Assembly (NCBI GenBank): GCA_963777955.1
Contig: CAVZSQ010000019.1
Span: 96,001-160,000 of the forward strand
Reading direction: 5' to 3'
Origin: Calditrichia bacterium
GTDB taxonomy: Bacteria; Calditrichota; Calditrichia; JAJRVZ01
DNA length: 64,000 nucleotides
In this document: one piece after another, positions 53,498 to 62,500 of the stretch
Numbering within the stretch: the first letter of the stretch is position 1
Layout of the letters: every line of letters starts with the position of its first letter
Notes under the pieces: model-generated
What the model saw: the letters and a program-made list of their open reading frames with translations, nothing else
Database searches by the model: none
Told to the model about the DNA's origin: nothing
Translations under genes and position numbers: made by a program

Positions 53498-54688
53498 TTA
53501 CCAGATAAAATGAATATGATTTAAAAGACGATTATCGGAGTCCGCAAAGCGGTTATTCAACCACTGGTACTCCAGATCTGCCTTCCAGTGTTTGGTGAAG
53601 TTGTAATGCAACCGGACCGTGTTGGCTAACTGGTTTTCATATTCATAGATTTCTTCAAAACGGTAGCGGGTATAGTTCACACCAACCGAAGCAATCAGGT
53701 TCTTCCAGATTTCATAGCCATAATCGAACATCACCCCGACCTGATCGCCAAGGTCTCCGGTCTCATAAAGCAGATTGATCGCGCCGCGATTGTCATTAAC
53801 TCCCAGCATCAAACGCTGTCCCGAGGCCTCTTCCAGAGAGATATACTGGACTCCGGCCGATAAACCATAGTCGGCGGTCAAAGCATAATTCGTATTCAGA
53901 CCGGCCTGGGTATATGGTTCGATCTCAAAGATTTTGAAATAAGAATCGGCATAAATTTGTGGAGTCTGTTGTTTGGCAAAAACACTGACAGCCAGCTTAT
54001 TGGAGGGGGCGTACCTGGCCGAGGCATACAGACGATGCAGGGTCGAGTTCAAAATATCATAATGTGTCTGCAGGATGAATTGGATCTTTTTAAGTGAATA
54101 ATTATTCAGATTCAAACCCACAATCTGCCATTGGTTCTCATTTTCCCTTAACCTCTGCAGGTAAGCCAGCTGCACATTAGTGTTGTAAAAATGACGATAG
54201 GTCAACGCTGAACCATAAACCGTGGCAGCATCGAATTCGTATACTTTCATTTCACGGAACAGATTGGATTCCACGCCGCCGAAGATCTGCCAGCTGAGAT
54301 CGGCCACTGGTTTCAGGGTCAGGTTTACACCATCCAGGCTACCAAAGGGAATTCCGGCATGCAGGAACTGTCGGCCGATTTCGAAATCCAGCAAATTATC
54401 AAAAAGATTACTGGCTGAGACCGACATCCGGTAAGCCCGCCAGGGCAGCTGACCCGGTTGCGGCTGGCTCAGCCAGCGCATGGAAACATTCAGGTTCAGA
54501 TTGTTCCAATTTTCGGCCAGGGCAGAGAAACGCAGGAATTGATAAACATTGAGAGCCGACTTTGATCCTTCCTGTTCATAGACGTACAGGGAGGAAGTAT
54601 AGCGGCCGCTCGTTTCAATGGTTTGCGCTGTAATACTATGAATACAGAGCAACGTGGCGATGAGTGAAATCAGATAATTTTTCTTCAT
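53498..54688 (-). CDS. Outer-membrane beta-barrel of a putative porin-cytochrome conduit
   Basis: Signal peptide ITA|Q, IGRQF..LDG motif, amphipathic strands, C-terminal Trp; first gene of the cytochrome operon. Confidence 0.8.
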   Translation of the reverse strand: MKKNYLISLIATLLCIHSITAQTIETSGRYTSSLYVYEQEGSKSALNVYQFLRFSALAENWNNLNLNVSMRWLSQPQPGQLPWRAYRMSVSASNLFDNLLDFEIGRQFLHAGIPFGSLDGVNLTLKPVADLSWQIFGGVESNLFREMKVYEFDAATVYGSALTYRHFYNTNVQLAYLQRLRENENQWQIVGLNLNNYSLKKIQFILQTHYDILNSTLHRLYASARYAPSNKLAVSVFAKQQTPQIYADSYFKIFEIEPYTQAGLNTNYALTADYGLSAGVQYISLEEASGQRLMLGVNDNRGAINLLYETGDLGDQVGVMFDYGYEIWKNLIASVGVNYTRYRFEEIYEYENQLANTVRLHYNFTKHWKADLEYQWLNNRFADSDNRLLNHIHFIW

Positions 54689-54744
54689 AGGCAAAACCTA
54701 TTGTTAATTAAAGTTATTGAGGCATTTAAAACTCTCTATAAAAC

Positions 54745-54760
54745 GTCAAATATCATGCCA
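54745..54760 (-). promoter_or_regulatory. sigma54 promoter (GA variant at -12) of the porin-cytochrome operon
   Basis: TGGCATGATATTTGAC = GG-N10-GA, ~55 bp upstream of the porin start. Confidence 0.6.
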
Positions 54761-54913
54761 AATTATAGTTTTTAATCGGTTTATTATAATCACGACTTTT
54801 AGCCGGAATTCGGTAATAAACCGGGCCAATTGAACTAAATTTATTAAAACTTAACAAATTATCGAATATTTATTTGTTTTAACTGGAATCACTTTTACAT
54901 GTTAGAAAAAATA

Positions 54914-54952
54914 TGAGACATGAAAGCGACACTGTGAGAATTTCAGGTCTCA
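54914..54952. promoter_or_regulatory. Putative enhancer (bEBP upstream activating sequence)
   Basis: TGAGACATGAAAGCGACA matches 57441-57458 at 15/18 nt; TGAGAC..GTCTCA inverted pair. Confidence 0.5.
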
Positions 54953-55031
54953 AAATAAAACAGCCGAGATAGATAGGGAAATAAAATCGTTCGTATTGAT
55001 GTGATATTAAATCAGAATTTGAGTATTAAAT

Positions 55032-55079
55032 AAAAAAAAGACCTTCCGGAATAATTCTCCCCCAGCTCCGGAAGGTCTT
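55032..55079 (-). terminator. Rho-independent terminator after the 9-heme lipoprotein gene
   Basis: AAGACCTTCCGGA...TCCGGAAGGTCTT stem followed on the minus strand by a T-run. Confidence 0.85.
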
Positions 55080-55111
55080 CGATCAGAGTATAATATATTT
55101 ATACTCTTTTC

Positions 55112-56824
55112 TTACCAGTTACTGGCTACAGCTTTCCGATCCGAAGTCAGAATGGCAGCACCGGGAACTTTATTATCCATCAAATGCAAATAACTCTGCT
55201 GTAATAATTGTACAGCATAATCGGGATTATGAACACCATGACTGCCGTCCTCCTCGACGAATATTAAATTCCATCCTGCTTCCCGCTGGATGTAGGTGGA
55301 ATTGTTCGTATCGCCCAGAGCCTCAGCCAAGGATATACCGCCGGTAGTGTCCAGGCCGGTAGTGATCAAGGCATCTTCCAGCATAGTCATCAAGCCGGCA
55401 ACTTCGTCCTGAACCCCTTCTACCTGGTTATCGCCATCAAAATCTTCCAGGGCCATAATATCTTTAAACGATGATATAGTACCATGGCAATTGGAGCATG
55501 CTAACACAGTGGGTTCAAAGGTATGACCGGTCTTGGCCGGTTCCGTTTCGCTCACATATTCAACCCGGTTTAAATGGCAGGTTTTGCAACTATTCTGGAC
55601 ATACAGATGGGAAGGTTGTGCCCAGACAAAATCTTCCGCGGCAACAGCCTGGTAGCCGGTTTTGGCAGCCATCATATCCCCCTGCACGCTGCCATGAGGT
55701 CCAAAGTTAGACCGGCCAATGGCAATTTGCGATTCGCCTCCGCGACGGGCATGGTGACATTGCATACAAAGTTTGCCGACACCACCGTCAGTGATCAATG
55801 GAGATTCGCCATTAGCAGTCACCAGCTGAACATCAGCAATGGTCCGTAGCTGCGCCGGATTAGTTGCGTCGTGGGAATCATGACAGGTAGTGCAGCCCAT
55901 CGATTGAAAAGGCGCCACGGTAGTATCCGGTCTGGCGCTTACCGCCCCGCTGCCATAGAATGTACTCAGATCTCCGGATAAACGAACACCCGCGGCAACC
56001 CCTTCATGACAACCCTGGCAAGATACCGCATCGGCTTCGGCCATAGAACTATGAGCAGATTCCTCCCATTCCGAATAATAAGGATGGTGGGTGCCTTCAT
56101 GACATTTCGCACAATTCTCAGCCGACCAGTCAACAGTGTTACCGCCGCCGGTAAGGTGACCTGAAGCGGCACCGTGGCAGTTTTCGCACTGGACGTTTTC
56201 GAACTTGGCAATCGGTGCTTCGTCATAGCCGCTGTTACCCAAAGGTCCCTCATACCCCACGGCATGGCAGGGATTGCAGTAGGAAGCCGGATGACCGCTG
56301 CCCTGCAGAGTTGCCCAGGCACCGGCATGACCGGTTTCAGACCAATCGTTATATTCACTGGAATGGCAACCCGAACAGGCTGAGGAACCCACGTAATAAG
56401 GCGTCTGGTATGGTGCATACATCCCGACACCCATAGTACGCAGACCCAGACCTATAAGTTGTCCCCCGACCACATGTACACTCACTTCATAAGCCCCGGC
56501 GTCATCCGGTGCTTTCCAGACAACTGTATCCCCAGTGGCACTGTTAAAAGTACCGCCGGTGGCGAACCAGTTATAAACCAGCGTTCCAACCTGATATCCG
56601 GTTGGAATCGTGATGTCTGCGGTAAATGTTACTTTACCCCCCTGGGCTACAGAATCATTGCCGCTGACATTAATGATCTCGACTGCGATCGTATCGTGGA
56701 CGACTTTCTCGACTTCCACGATCTTCTCTTTTTCCGATTCGCAGGATGCCAGCAACATCAATCCCAGCAAGGCTACCGGAACGATCAGCGCCAGTAATTT
56801 GTGCATAATAGAGTTTTTATGCAT
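55112..56824 (-). CDS. Lipoprotein multiheme cytochrome c, 9 hemes, with N-terminal Ig-like domain (OmcB-like C-terminus)
   Basis: LASC lipobox; CSGCH, CNPCH, CENCH, CAKCH, CQGCH, CTTCH, CMQCH, CKTCH, CSNCH; DGSHGVHNPDY tail. Confidence 0.9.
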   Translation of the reverse strand: MHKNSIMHKLLALIVPVALLGLMLLASCESEKEKIVEVEKVVHDTIAVEIINVSGNDSVAQGGKVTFTADITIPTGYQVGTLVYNWFATGGTFNSATGDTVVWKAPDDAGAYEVSVHVVGGQLIGLGLRTMGVGMYAPYQTPYYVGSSACSGCHSSEYNDWSETGHAGAWATLQGSGHPASYCNPCHAVGYEGPLGNSGYDEAPIAKFENVQCENCHGAASGHLTGGGNTVDWSAENCAKCHEGTHHPYYSEWEESAHSSMAEADAVSCQGCHEGVAAGVRLSGDLSTFYGSGAVSARPDTTVAPFQSMGCTTCHDSHDATNPAQLRTIADVQLVTANGESPLITDGGVGKLCMQCHHARRGGESQIAIGRSNFGPHGSVQGDMMAAKTGYQAVAAEDFVWAQPSHLYVQNSCKTCHLNRVEYVSETEPAKTGHTFEPTVLACSNCHGTISSFKDIMALEDFDGDNQVEGVQDEVAGLMTMLEDALITTGLDTTGGISLAEALGDTNNSTYIQREAGWNLIFVEEDGSHGVHNPDYAVQLLQQSYLHLMDNKVPGAAILTSDRKAVASNW

Positions 56825-56866
56825 TCATTCACCCCCATTGTTAAAAGATTAGTCATTTGTTCCTGT

Positions 56867-57251
56867 TTAATAAATTCTTTTTGCAATCAATTCAATTACT
56901 GAGTTTAGCGAATCGGTCAGCTCCGATTCTGCTATAGGTTTAATAGCATAATATTGAATTCCCAGCTGACTGATCTCTTTACCCAGACTCTATGCCGGTA
57001 TCCGACGTGGCGAAAAAAATATCCACATGCTGGTTAATCTTACGGACCGAACGCAGAATATGTGCTGAATAAGGGCTCAGAAAATCGTCATCAACAATGA
57101 TCAGAGAAGGATTCTGGGCACAGATGGTCGACATGACATCCAGTGGATCTGCAGATCCATCGTAAATCATCAGAGCATTTTTTTGCCTGGGAATTGCGTT
57201 CCCGACCATCTGATTAAGATTTTGATCCCTGGATATTAACATTATTTTCAT
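56867..57251 (-). CDS. Stand-alone atypical receiver-domain protein (frameshifts ~56950-56990)
   Basis: MKIMLISRD, PSLIIVDDD; shifted frame YAIKPIAESELTDSL. Confidence 0.7.
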
Positions 57252-57264
57252 TGCAGGCATCCTG

Positions 57265-57280
57265 TGCAATTGATATGCCA
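57265..57280 (-). promoter_or_regulatory. sigma54 promoter of the receiver + 9-heme cytochrome transcript
   Basis: TGGCATATCAATTGCA, canonical GG-N10-GC. Confidence 0.8.
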
Positions 57281-57371
57281 AATACTCTGAAAAATACCCT
57301 TATAAATTAAAAATTATGTGTAATATTATATAAATATGTATAATATTTACTAATATTGTATATGATATAAT

Positions 57372-57458
57372 AGGGACAATGGAGCACACTGGCCATTAAT
57401 GTCCCTGATCAGTTCTTAAAGTGAGCGTACCTTGTCGCAGTGGGACATGAATGTGACA
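57372..57458. promoter_or_regulatory. Putative enhancer sites (bEBP UAS)
   Basis: AGGGACA..TGTCCCT inverted pair; TGTCGCA..TGTGACA; TGGGACATGAATGTGACA matching 54914. Confidence 0.5.
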
Positions 57459-57503
57459 AATCCCTTATTTAATCTTACCAGCTTTTTGCTTATATTTGTC
57501 ATT

Positions 57504-58979
57504 ATGTTCAGGACCATCAACAGTAAATTTATTTTCTTCACTATCATCTTTATCATGCTAAGTGTTGGTCTGCCCACTACTTTTTTGATCCGCCAGTTCA
57601 GGGCTAATTTTGAACAACGTACCAGCGCCTTGCTGGAAACCACCATGGAAGTGGTTCATGGCGACGTAGTCAACGTAATGTTGAAATATGATCACAAAAG
57701 GGTTCAGGACATTATCGATAAAATAATGCGCTATAAAATCATCCGGCATCTGCGTTTTTTCGATACGGTGGGCAATATACGATTTGCTACCGATACCACC
57801 GAGATCGGTAGAAACATCGATGATGTAGATAAGGGACACGTCCAGATCGGCGAAATAGATCACAAGGTTATCCTGTTACTGGAAAATAAAAAAGTATACA
57901 CCTCCACCCGTGCTATTGTAAATCTGCCGGAGTGTCAATCCTGTCACGGGATTAATCCGGTCATAGGTTATCTGGATATCGATGTTAATCTGACCCGGGC
58001 CGAGAGATATTTTTATACCGGCTCATTTCATATCATCTTTCTGGCTATCGCTATAGTGCTGTTGTTATTTTTCGGATTTTATTACCTGTTCAACCGCTTC
58101 ATCAGAAAACCGCTGGACCGTTTAACCCTGGCGCTTAACCAGGTGGATGAGGGACAGCTGGATACCCGCCTGCCGGCAAAAAAAGCAGATGAAATCGGCA
58201 TTCTGGAACGACAGTTCAACACCATGGTTTCCAACCTGCAGGCTTCCCAGCAGAAGATCGAAGAACTGCACTTCGAACAACTGCAGCGGGCGGATAAACT
58301 GGTAACCCTGGGTGAATTGGCCGCCGAAATGGCTCATGAGATCAACAACCCTGCCGGTATTGTCATGTCCCGCGCTGATTATCTGCACATCAAGGCTGAT
58401 GAGAATTTGGCCTTAAAAAAATACCAGGATGACCTGCAGGTGATCATCAATCAGGTCAATAAAATATCGCGGATTACCGGTAATATTTTAAAGTACAGCA
58501 AAAAATTACCCAAGCAATTTCATACTGTGGATTTAAAGCAGGTTCTTGAAGAAAGTCTCAATGTACTGGAACCGCGCCTGGCTATGAAAAAAATTGATCT
58601 GCACAAAGAATTCAAAGATAATGATTGTCAGATTTCAGGCGATGCCCAGCAACTGGAACAGGTTTTTACCAATTTGATCAACAATGCCGTTGACGCGATG
58701 TCCCAGGGCGGATTTTTAACCTTAAGCCTGGAGCGCAATGAACAGCATCAAATTCAAATTAAAATCAGCGACAGCGGTAGCGGTATCAGTGCGGATCTGC
58801 TGGACCAGATCTTTACTCCATTCTATACCACCAAGCCCCCCGATAAAGGTACGGGTCTGGGACTGTATATTGTCAAAAATATCTGCAAAAACCATAATGC
58901 CGATATTCATTGTACCAGTTCACCCGGCCTGGGGACTACTTTTACGGTAACTTTCAGAGGGAATGATTTGAAAAAATGA
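57504..58979 (+). CDS. Sensor histidine kinase with periplasmic CxxCH motif and HAMP domain
   Basis: CQSCH between two TM helices; AHEINNP H-box, NLINNA, FTPFYTTK, GTGLGL. Confidence 0.93.
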   Translation: MFRTINSKFIFFTIIFIMLSVGLPTTFLIRQFRANFEQRTSALLETTMEVVHGDVVNVMLKYDHKRVQDIIDKIMRYKIIRHLRFFDTVGNIRFATDTTEIGRNIDDVDKGHVQIGEIDHKVILLLENKKVYTSTRAIVNLPECQSCHGINPVIGYLDIDVNLTRAERYFYTGSFHIIFLAIAIVLLLFFGFYYLFNRFIRKPLDRLTLALNQVDEGQLDTRLPAKKADEIGILERQFNTMVSNLQASQQKIEELHFEQLQRADKLVTLGELAAEMAHEINNPAGIVMSRADYLHIKADENLALKKYQDDLQVIINQVNKISRITGNILKYSKKLPKQFHTVDLKQVLEESLNVLEPRLAMKKIDLHKEFKDNDCQISGDAQQLEQVFTNLINNAVDAMSQGGFLTLSLERNEQHQIQIKISDSGSGISADLLDQIFTPFYTTKPPDKGTGLGLYIVKNICKNHNADIHCTSSPGLGTTFTVTFRGNDLKK

Positions 58980-60346
58980 AAAAGATCTTGATCGTTGACG
59001 ACGAAGAAGATATGCTGCAAAGTTTACGCAAAATTTTATTGCAGCGGCAGTCCTACCAGGTAACGACCATAAAGGACAGCAGGCAGGCTTTACAACTGGC
59101 CGGTCATGAAAAATTTGATCTGATTATAACCGATTTCAAAATGGGCGATATTTCCGGAATCGATATATTAAAAGCGGCCTCCGGTAAATTTCCCGATGCC
59201 AAGGTGATCATGATCTCCGGGTACGGCACAATCGAAGCCAGCGTGCAGGCGATGCAGGAAGGCGCCTTCGATTTTATCGAAAAACCATTTACCTCTAAAA
59301 AATTATTCGCCTGCATTGACCGCGTATTCGGACCGCAGCTTGAAGCAAAAACCTTCGGCAGTGATGCCGGGGGGAAGGTGGTCGAACTGCCGGGTATTAT
59401 CTTTAAAAGCAAACAGATGTCCGAGATAATAACTCTGGTCGGCAAAATTTCTTCCGGAGATTTAAATATACTGCTTACCGGTGAAAGCGGCACCGGCAAG
59501 GAATTAATAGCACGGGCAATCCATAATCTGAGCAAGCGCAGTATCCATCCCTTCGTGCCGGTGAACTGCGGTGCCCTGCCGGAGAATCTGTTTGAAAGTG
59601 AATTATTCGGCCACGAGAAAGGGGCTTTTACCGGTGCCATCAAGACCAAACCGGGATTGCTGGAATTTGCCAACCAGGGTACTTTTTTCTTTGACGAGAT
59701 CGGCGATCTCAGTTTGACCCTGCAGGTAAAACTATTACGCATGCTGGAACAACGCCAGATCCGGCGGGTCGGCGGCCAGAAAGAAATTGATATTGATGTA
59801 AGGATTATTGCCGCCACCAATAAGCAACTGGCCGAAGCCGTCAAAGAAAACAAATTTCGTGAAGATCTGTATTATCGTCTGAATACCATGCAGATCGAGA
59901 TTCCACCCTTGCGCGAACGGACTGATGATATTCTGCCGCTGGCCAATAATTTTCTCGCCGAGTTATGCCGCAAGAATGAAAAAATCGTTACCCGCTACTC
60001 CTCCGAAGCGGAAGAATCCCTCAAATTATATAACTGGCCGGGAAATGTCCGGGAGTTGCAGAATATGATAAGCCGGGCTTATTTTCTCACCTCCTCCCGG
60101 GTAATTCAAAAAGCAGATTTACCGCTGCCGGTCAGCGAGAAAACTTTTTATATCGATCAGCAGATGTTTGATCTATCCTATAAGCAGGCCAAAGATGCGG
60201 TCCTGGAAAAATTTGAAATCGAATATCTGACCGGCCAGTTGCGTAAATATAAAGGTAATATTTCCATAACTGCTGCCAAATGCGGAATTGACCGGCGTTC
60301 GATTCATCGCTTAATTAAAAAATACAACATTATGTATAAAGACTAG
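58976..60346 (+). CDS. sigma54-dependent (NtrC-family) response regulator
   Basis: Receiver domain, GESGTGKE, GAFTGA, WPGNVREL, Fis-type HTH. Confidence 0.95.
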   Translation: MKKILIVDDEEDMLQSLRKILLQRQSYQVTTIKDSRQALQLAGHEKFDLIITDFKMGDISGIDILKAASGKFPDAKVIMISGYGTIEASVQAMQEGAFDFIEKPFTSKKLFACIDRVFGPQLEAKTFGSDAGGKVVELPGIIFKSKQMSEIITLVGKISSGDLNILLTGESGTGKELIARAIHNLSKRSIHPFVPVNCGALPENLFESELFGHEKGAFTGAIKTKPGLLEFANQGTFFFDEIGDLSLTLQVKLLRMLEQRQIRRVGGQKEIDIDVRIIAATNKQLAEAVKENKFREDLYYRLNTMQIEIPPLRERTDDILPLANNFLAELCRKNEKIVTRYSSEAEESLKLYNWPGNVRELQNMISRAYFLTSSRVIQKADLPLPVSEKTFYIDQQMFDLSYKQAKDAVLEKFEIEYLTGQLRKYKGNISITAAKCGIDRRSIHRLIKKYNIMYKD

Positions 60347-60356
60347 GGGGTGGATT

Positions 60357-61865
60357 ATGAAACTTAAGATTCCTGCTTCCATGCGAAATTGGATTTCATT
60401 AATCGGCACTATGATTGCGCTGATCTGCTTTTTTATGATCGTTTTCCTCTTCTTTATCACCATGATCCTGGGTCAGGGCGGCTCTTATATCGGCCTGGTA
60501 ATTTATGTGCTGTTACCGGCGGTGATGATTATGGGATTATTGTTAGTCCCCATAGGTATGTATTTCCAGCTGCACCGTCGAAAAAAATCGGGACAAATTC
60601 AGGAGCTGACCTGGCCGCGGCTAGATTTAAATGACTTGAAACAACGCCGCTTCTTCTTCAACTTTGCCATTGTAACTACTATTTTTCTGTTTATCTCGGC
60701 TGTAGGCAGTTATGAAGCTTTTCATTTTACCGAGTCGGTCCCCTTCTGCGGTACCATTTGTCATGAAGTCATGAAACCCGAATATACGGCGTACCAGCAT
60801 TCGGCCCATGCCCGCGTGGCTTGCGTCGACTGCCATGTAGGTGAAGGAGCAAACTGGTACATGCGGTCGAAATTATCCGGATTGTACCAGATTTACGCCG
60901 TGACCACCAACATCTTCCCCCGGCCCATTCCGACTCCGGTTAAAAACCTGCGCCCGGCCCGCGAAACCTGCGAACGCTGCCACTGGCCGCAGAAGTTTTA
61001 TGCCCAGAAATTCAGGGCCGAACGGCATTACCTGAATGACGAGCAGAATACCGAATGGGATTATCAGCTGATTATGAAAATCGGTGCAGAATATTCAGCC
61101 CTCGGACTGGTCGAAGGTATTCACTGGCATATCAATCCCGATGTGAAGATCGAATACCTGGCCAATAATGAAAAAAATCTGGAGATACCGTGGGTACGCT
61201 ATACCGATCAAAAAAATAACCGGGTGATCACTTATCTTAACGAAGAAAATCCCATCGATCCCGACACGGTCAAAAACCAAAACATACGCACCATGGATTG
61301 CATGGATTGTCATAACCGGCCATCGCACAGTTACAAACCGCCTGCATTTTTCGTCAATGAGGCGCTGACTTCCGGTTTAATTCCCAAAGAATTACCCCAG
61401 ATCAAATCACTGAGTATGCAGATCTGTGCCATTGAGTTCAATCAGACCGATTCCGCCCGGCAGTACATTCAAAAATCTGTCAGCGAGTTCTACCAGAGTA
61501 ATTATCCGCAAATTTATCAGGAGAAAATGCAGCTGGTTGAGAAAGCCTGGACTGGCTTACAGGAAGCGTATCTGCAAAACATCTTTCCGGAAATGAAAGT
61601 GCGCTGGAATGCTTATCCCAACCATATCGGACATGTAGAATTTCAGGGATGTTTCCGCTGCCATGATGATAAACATAAAAGCTCTGACGGGTATACAATC
61701 GCCAAGGACTGCAATCAGTGTCATCATATCATTGCCCAGGGTAGTCCCGGCCAGATGTCTATTTCAACTCTGGATAAACCCCTGGAGTTTAAGCATCCGG
61801 TTGATGTGGGCGATGCCTGGCGGGAAGGATACTGTACCGATTGTCATACAGGCTTAAATCCCTGA
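60357..61865 (+). CDS. imcH: ImcH-like NapC/NirT-family inner-membrane 7-heme cytochrome c
   Basis: Three N-terminal TM helices; CGTICH, CVDCH, CERCH, CMDCH, CFRCH, CNQCH, CTDCH; NLRPARETCE and GIHWH motifs. Symbol denotes homology. Confidence 0.85.
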   Translation: MKLKIPASMRNWISLIGTMIALICFFMIVFLFFITMILGQGGSYIGLVIYVLLPAVMIMGLLLVPIGMYFQLHRRKKSGQIQELTWPRLDLNDLKQRRFFFNFAIVTTIFLFISAVGSYEAFHFTESVPFCGTICHEVMKPEYTAYQHSAHARVACVDCHVGEGANWYMRSKLSGLYQIYAVTTNIFPRPIPTPVKNLRPARETCERCHWPQKFYAQKFRAERHYLNDEQNTEWDYQLIMKIGAEYSALGLVEGIHWHINPDVKIEYLANNEKNLEIPWVRYTDQKNNRVITYLNEENPIDPDTVKNQNIRTMDCMDCHNRPSHSYKPPAFFVNEALTSGLIPKELPQIKSLSMQICAIEFNQTDSARQYIQKSVSEFYQSNYPQIYQEKMQLVEKAWTGLQEAYLQNIFPEMKVRWNAYPNHIGHVEFQGCFRCHDDKHKSSDGYTIAKDCNQCHHIIAQGSPGQMSISTLDKPLEFKHPVDVGDAWREGYCTDCHTGLNP

Positions 61866-61971
61866 TCCCCGCCTGCACTATATTCAAGCGAGGCGCCCCC
61901 TGTGCGGGGATGACTGCTAATGTCATACCCGATTGATAAAGTACGAGCATGATCGTATGTAATCGGGTATC
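61864..61971. repeat. TGTCA/GATGAC-type palindromic elements between convergent genes
   Basis: GATCCCCGC..GCGGGGATGAC and TGTCATACCCGATT..AATCGGGTATC. Confidence 0.65.
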
Positions 61972-61975
61972 TGCT

Positions 61976-62500
61976 TCATCGCAAATTAATTTGGTCTGAA
62001 CAGACGGTACAAAAACTATCCCCTTTCACATCCAGATCGTCGACCGTATTGGAACTGGCCATGACGCATTTATAATTATGACAATGGCGCAGATTCTGTA
62101 AATGGCCATATTCATGAATGGTTTCTTTGACTAAGCGCCCGATCAGTTTATGTTCATCGGCCGGCAATCCGTAAAATTCATTGATCAACCGGCAACTGGA
62201 TACGATTGCCGCGCTGCCCCCCAGACCGGCCAGACCGAAGACAAAGGTCAAAACGGGGATATATAAATCCAGGCTGGTATAGATTATGACTTTATTTTGC
62301 TGTGTGGAAGGTCTGCTGACCTTTTTAATAATTTTTATCGCATCGTATTGTTCCCGGTTCTGATCGTAACAATCCTGAACCGTTAGTTCCGTATCGTAGC
62401 GGGCAGCTATTAAACCGCTGCGCTCACACAGCAGGGAGATCAGATTATCGAGCAGATTATTATGATTGAATTGGACGGTAATAATTTCGAGTTCAGGCAT
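61976..62500 (-). CDS. Archaemetzincin (peptidase M54) zinc metalloprotease
   Basis: DLYIPVLTFVFG, HEYGHLQNLRHC, CVM Met-turn, FCTVC. Confidence 0.9.
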   Translation of the reverse strand: MPELEIITVQFNHNNLLDNLISLLCERSGLIAARYDTELTVQDCYDQNREQYDAIKIIKKVSRPSTQQNKVIIYTSLDLYIPVLTFVFGLAGLGGSAAIVSSCRLINEFYGLPADEHKLIGRLVKETIHEYGHLQNLRHCHNYKCVMASSNTVDDLDVKGDSFCTVCSDQINLR

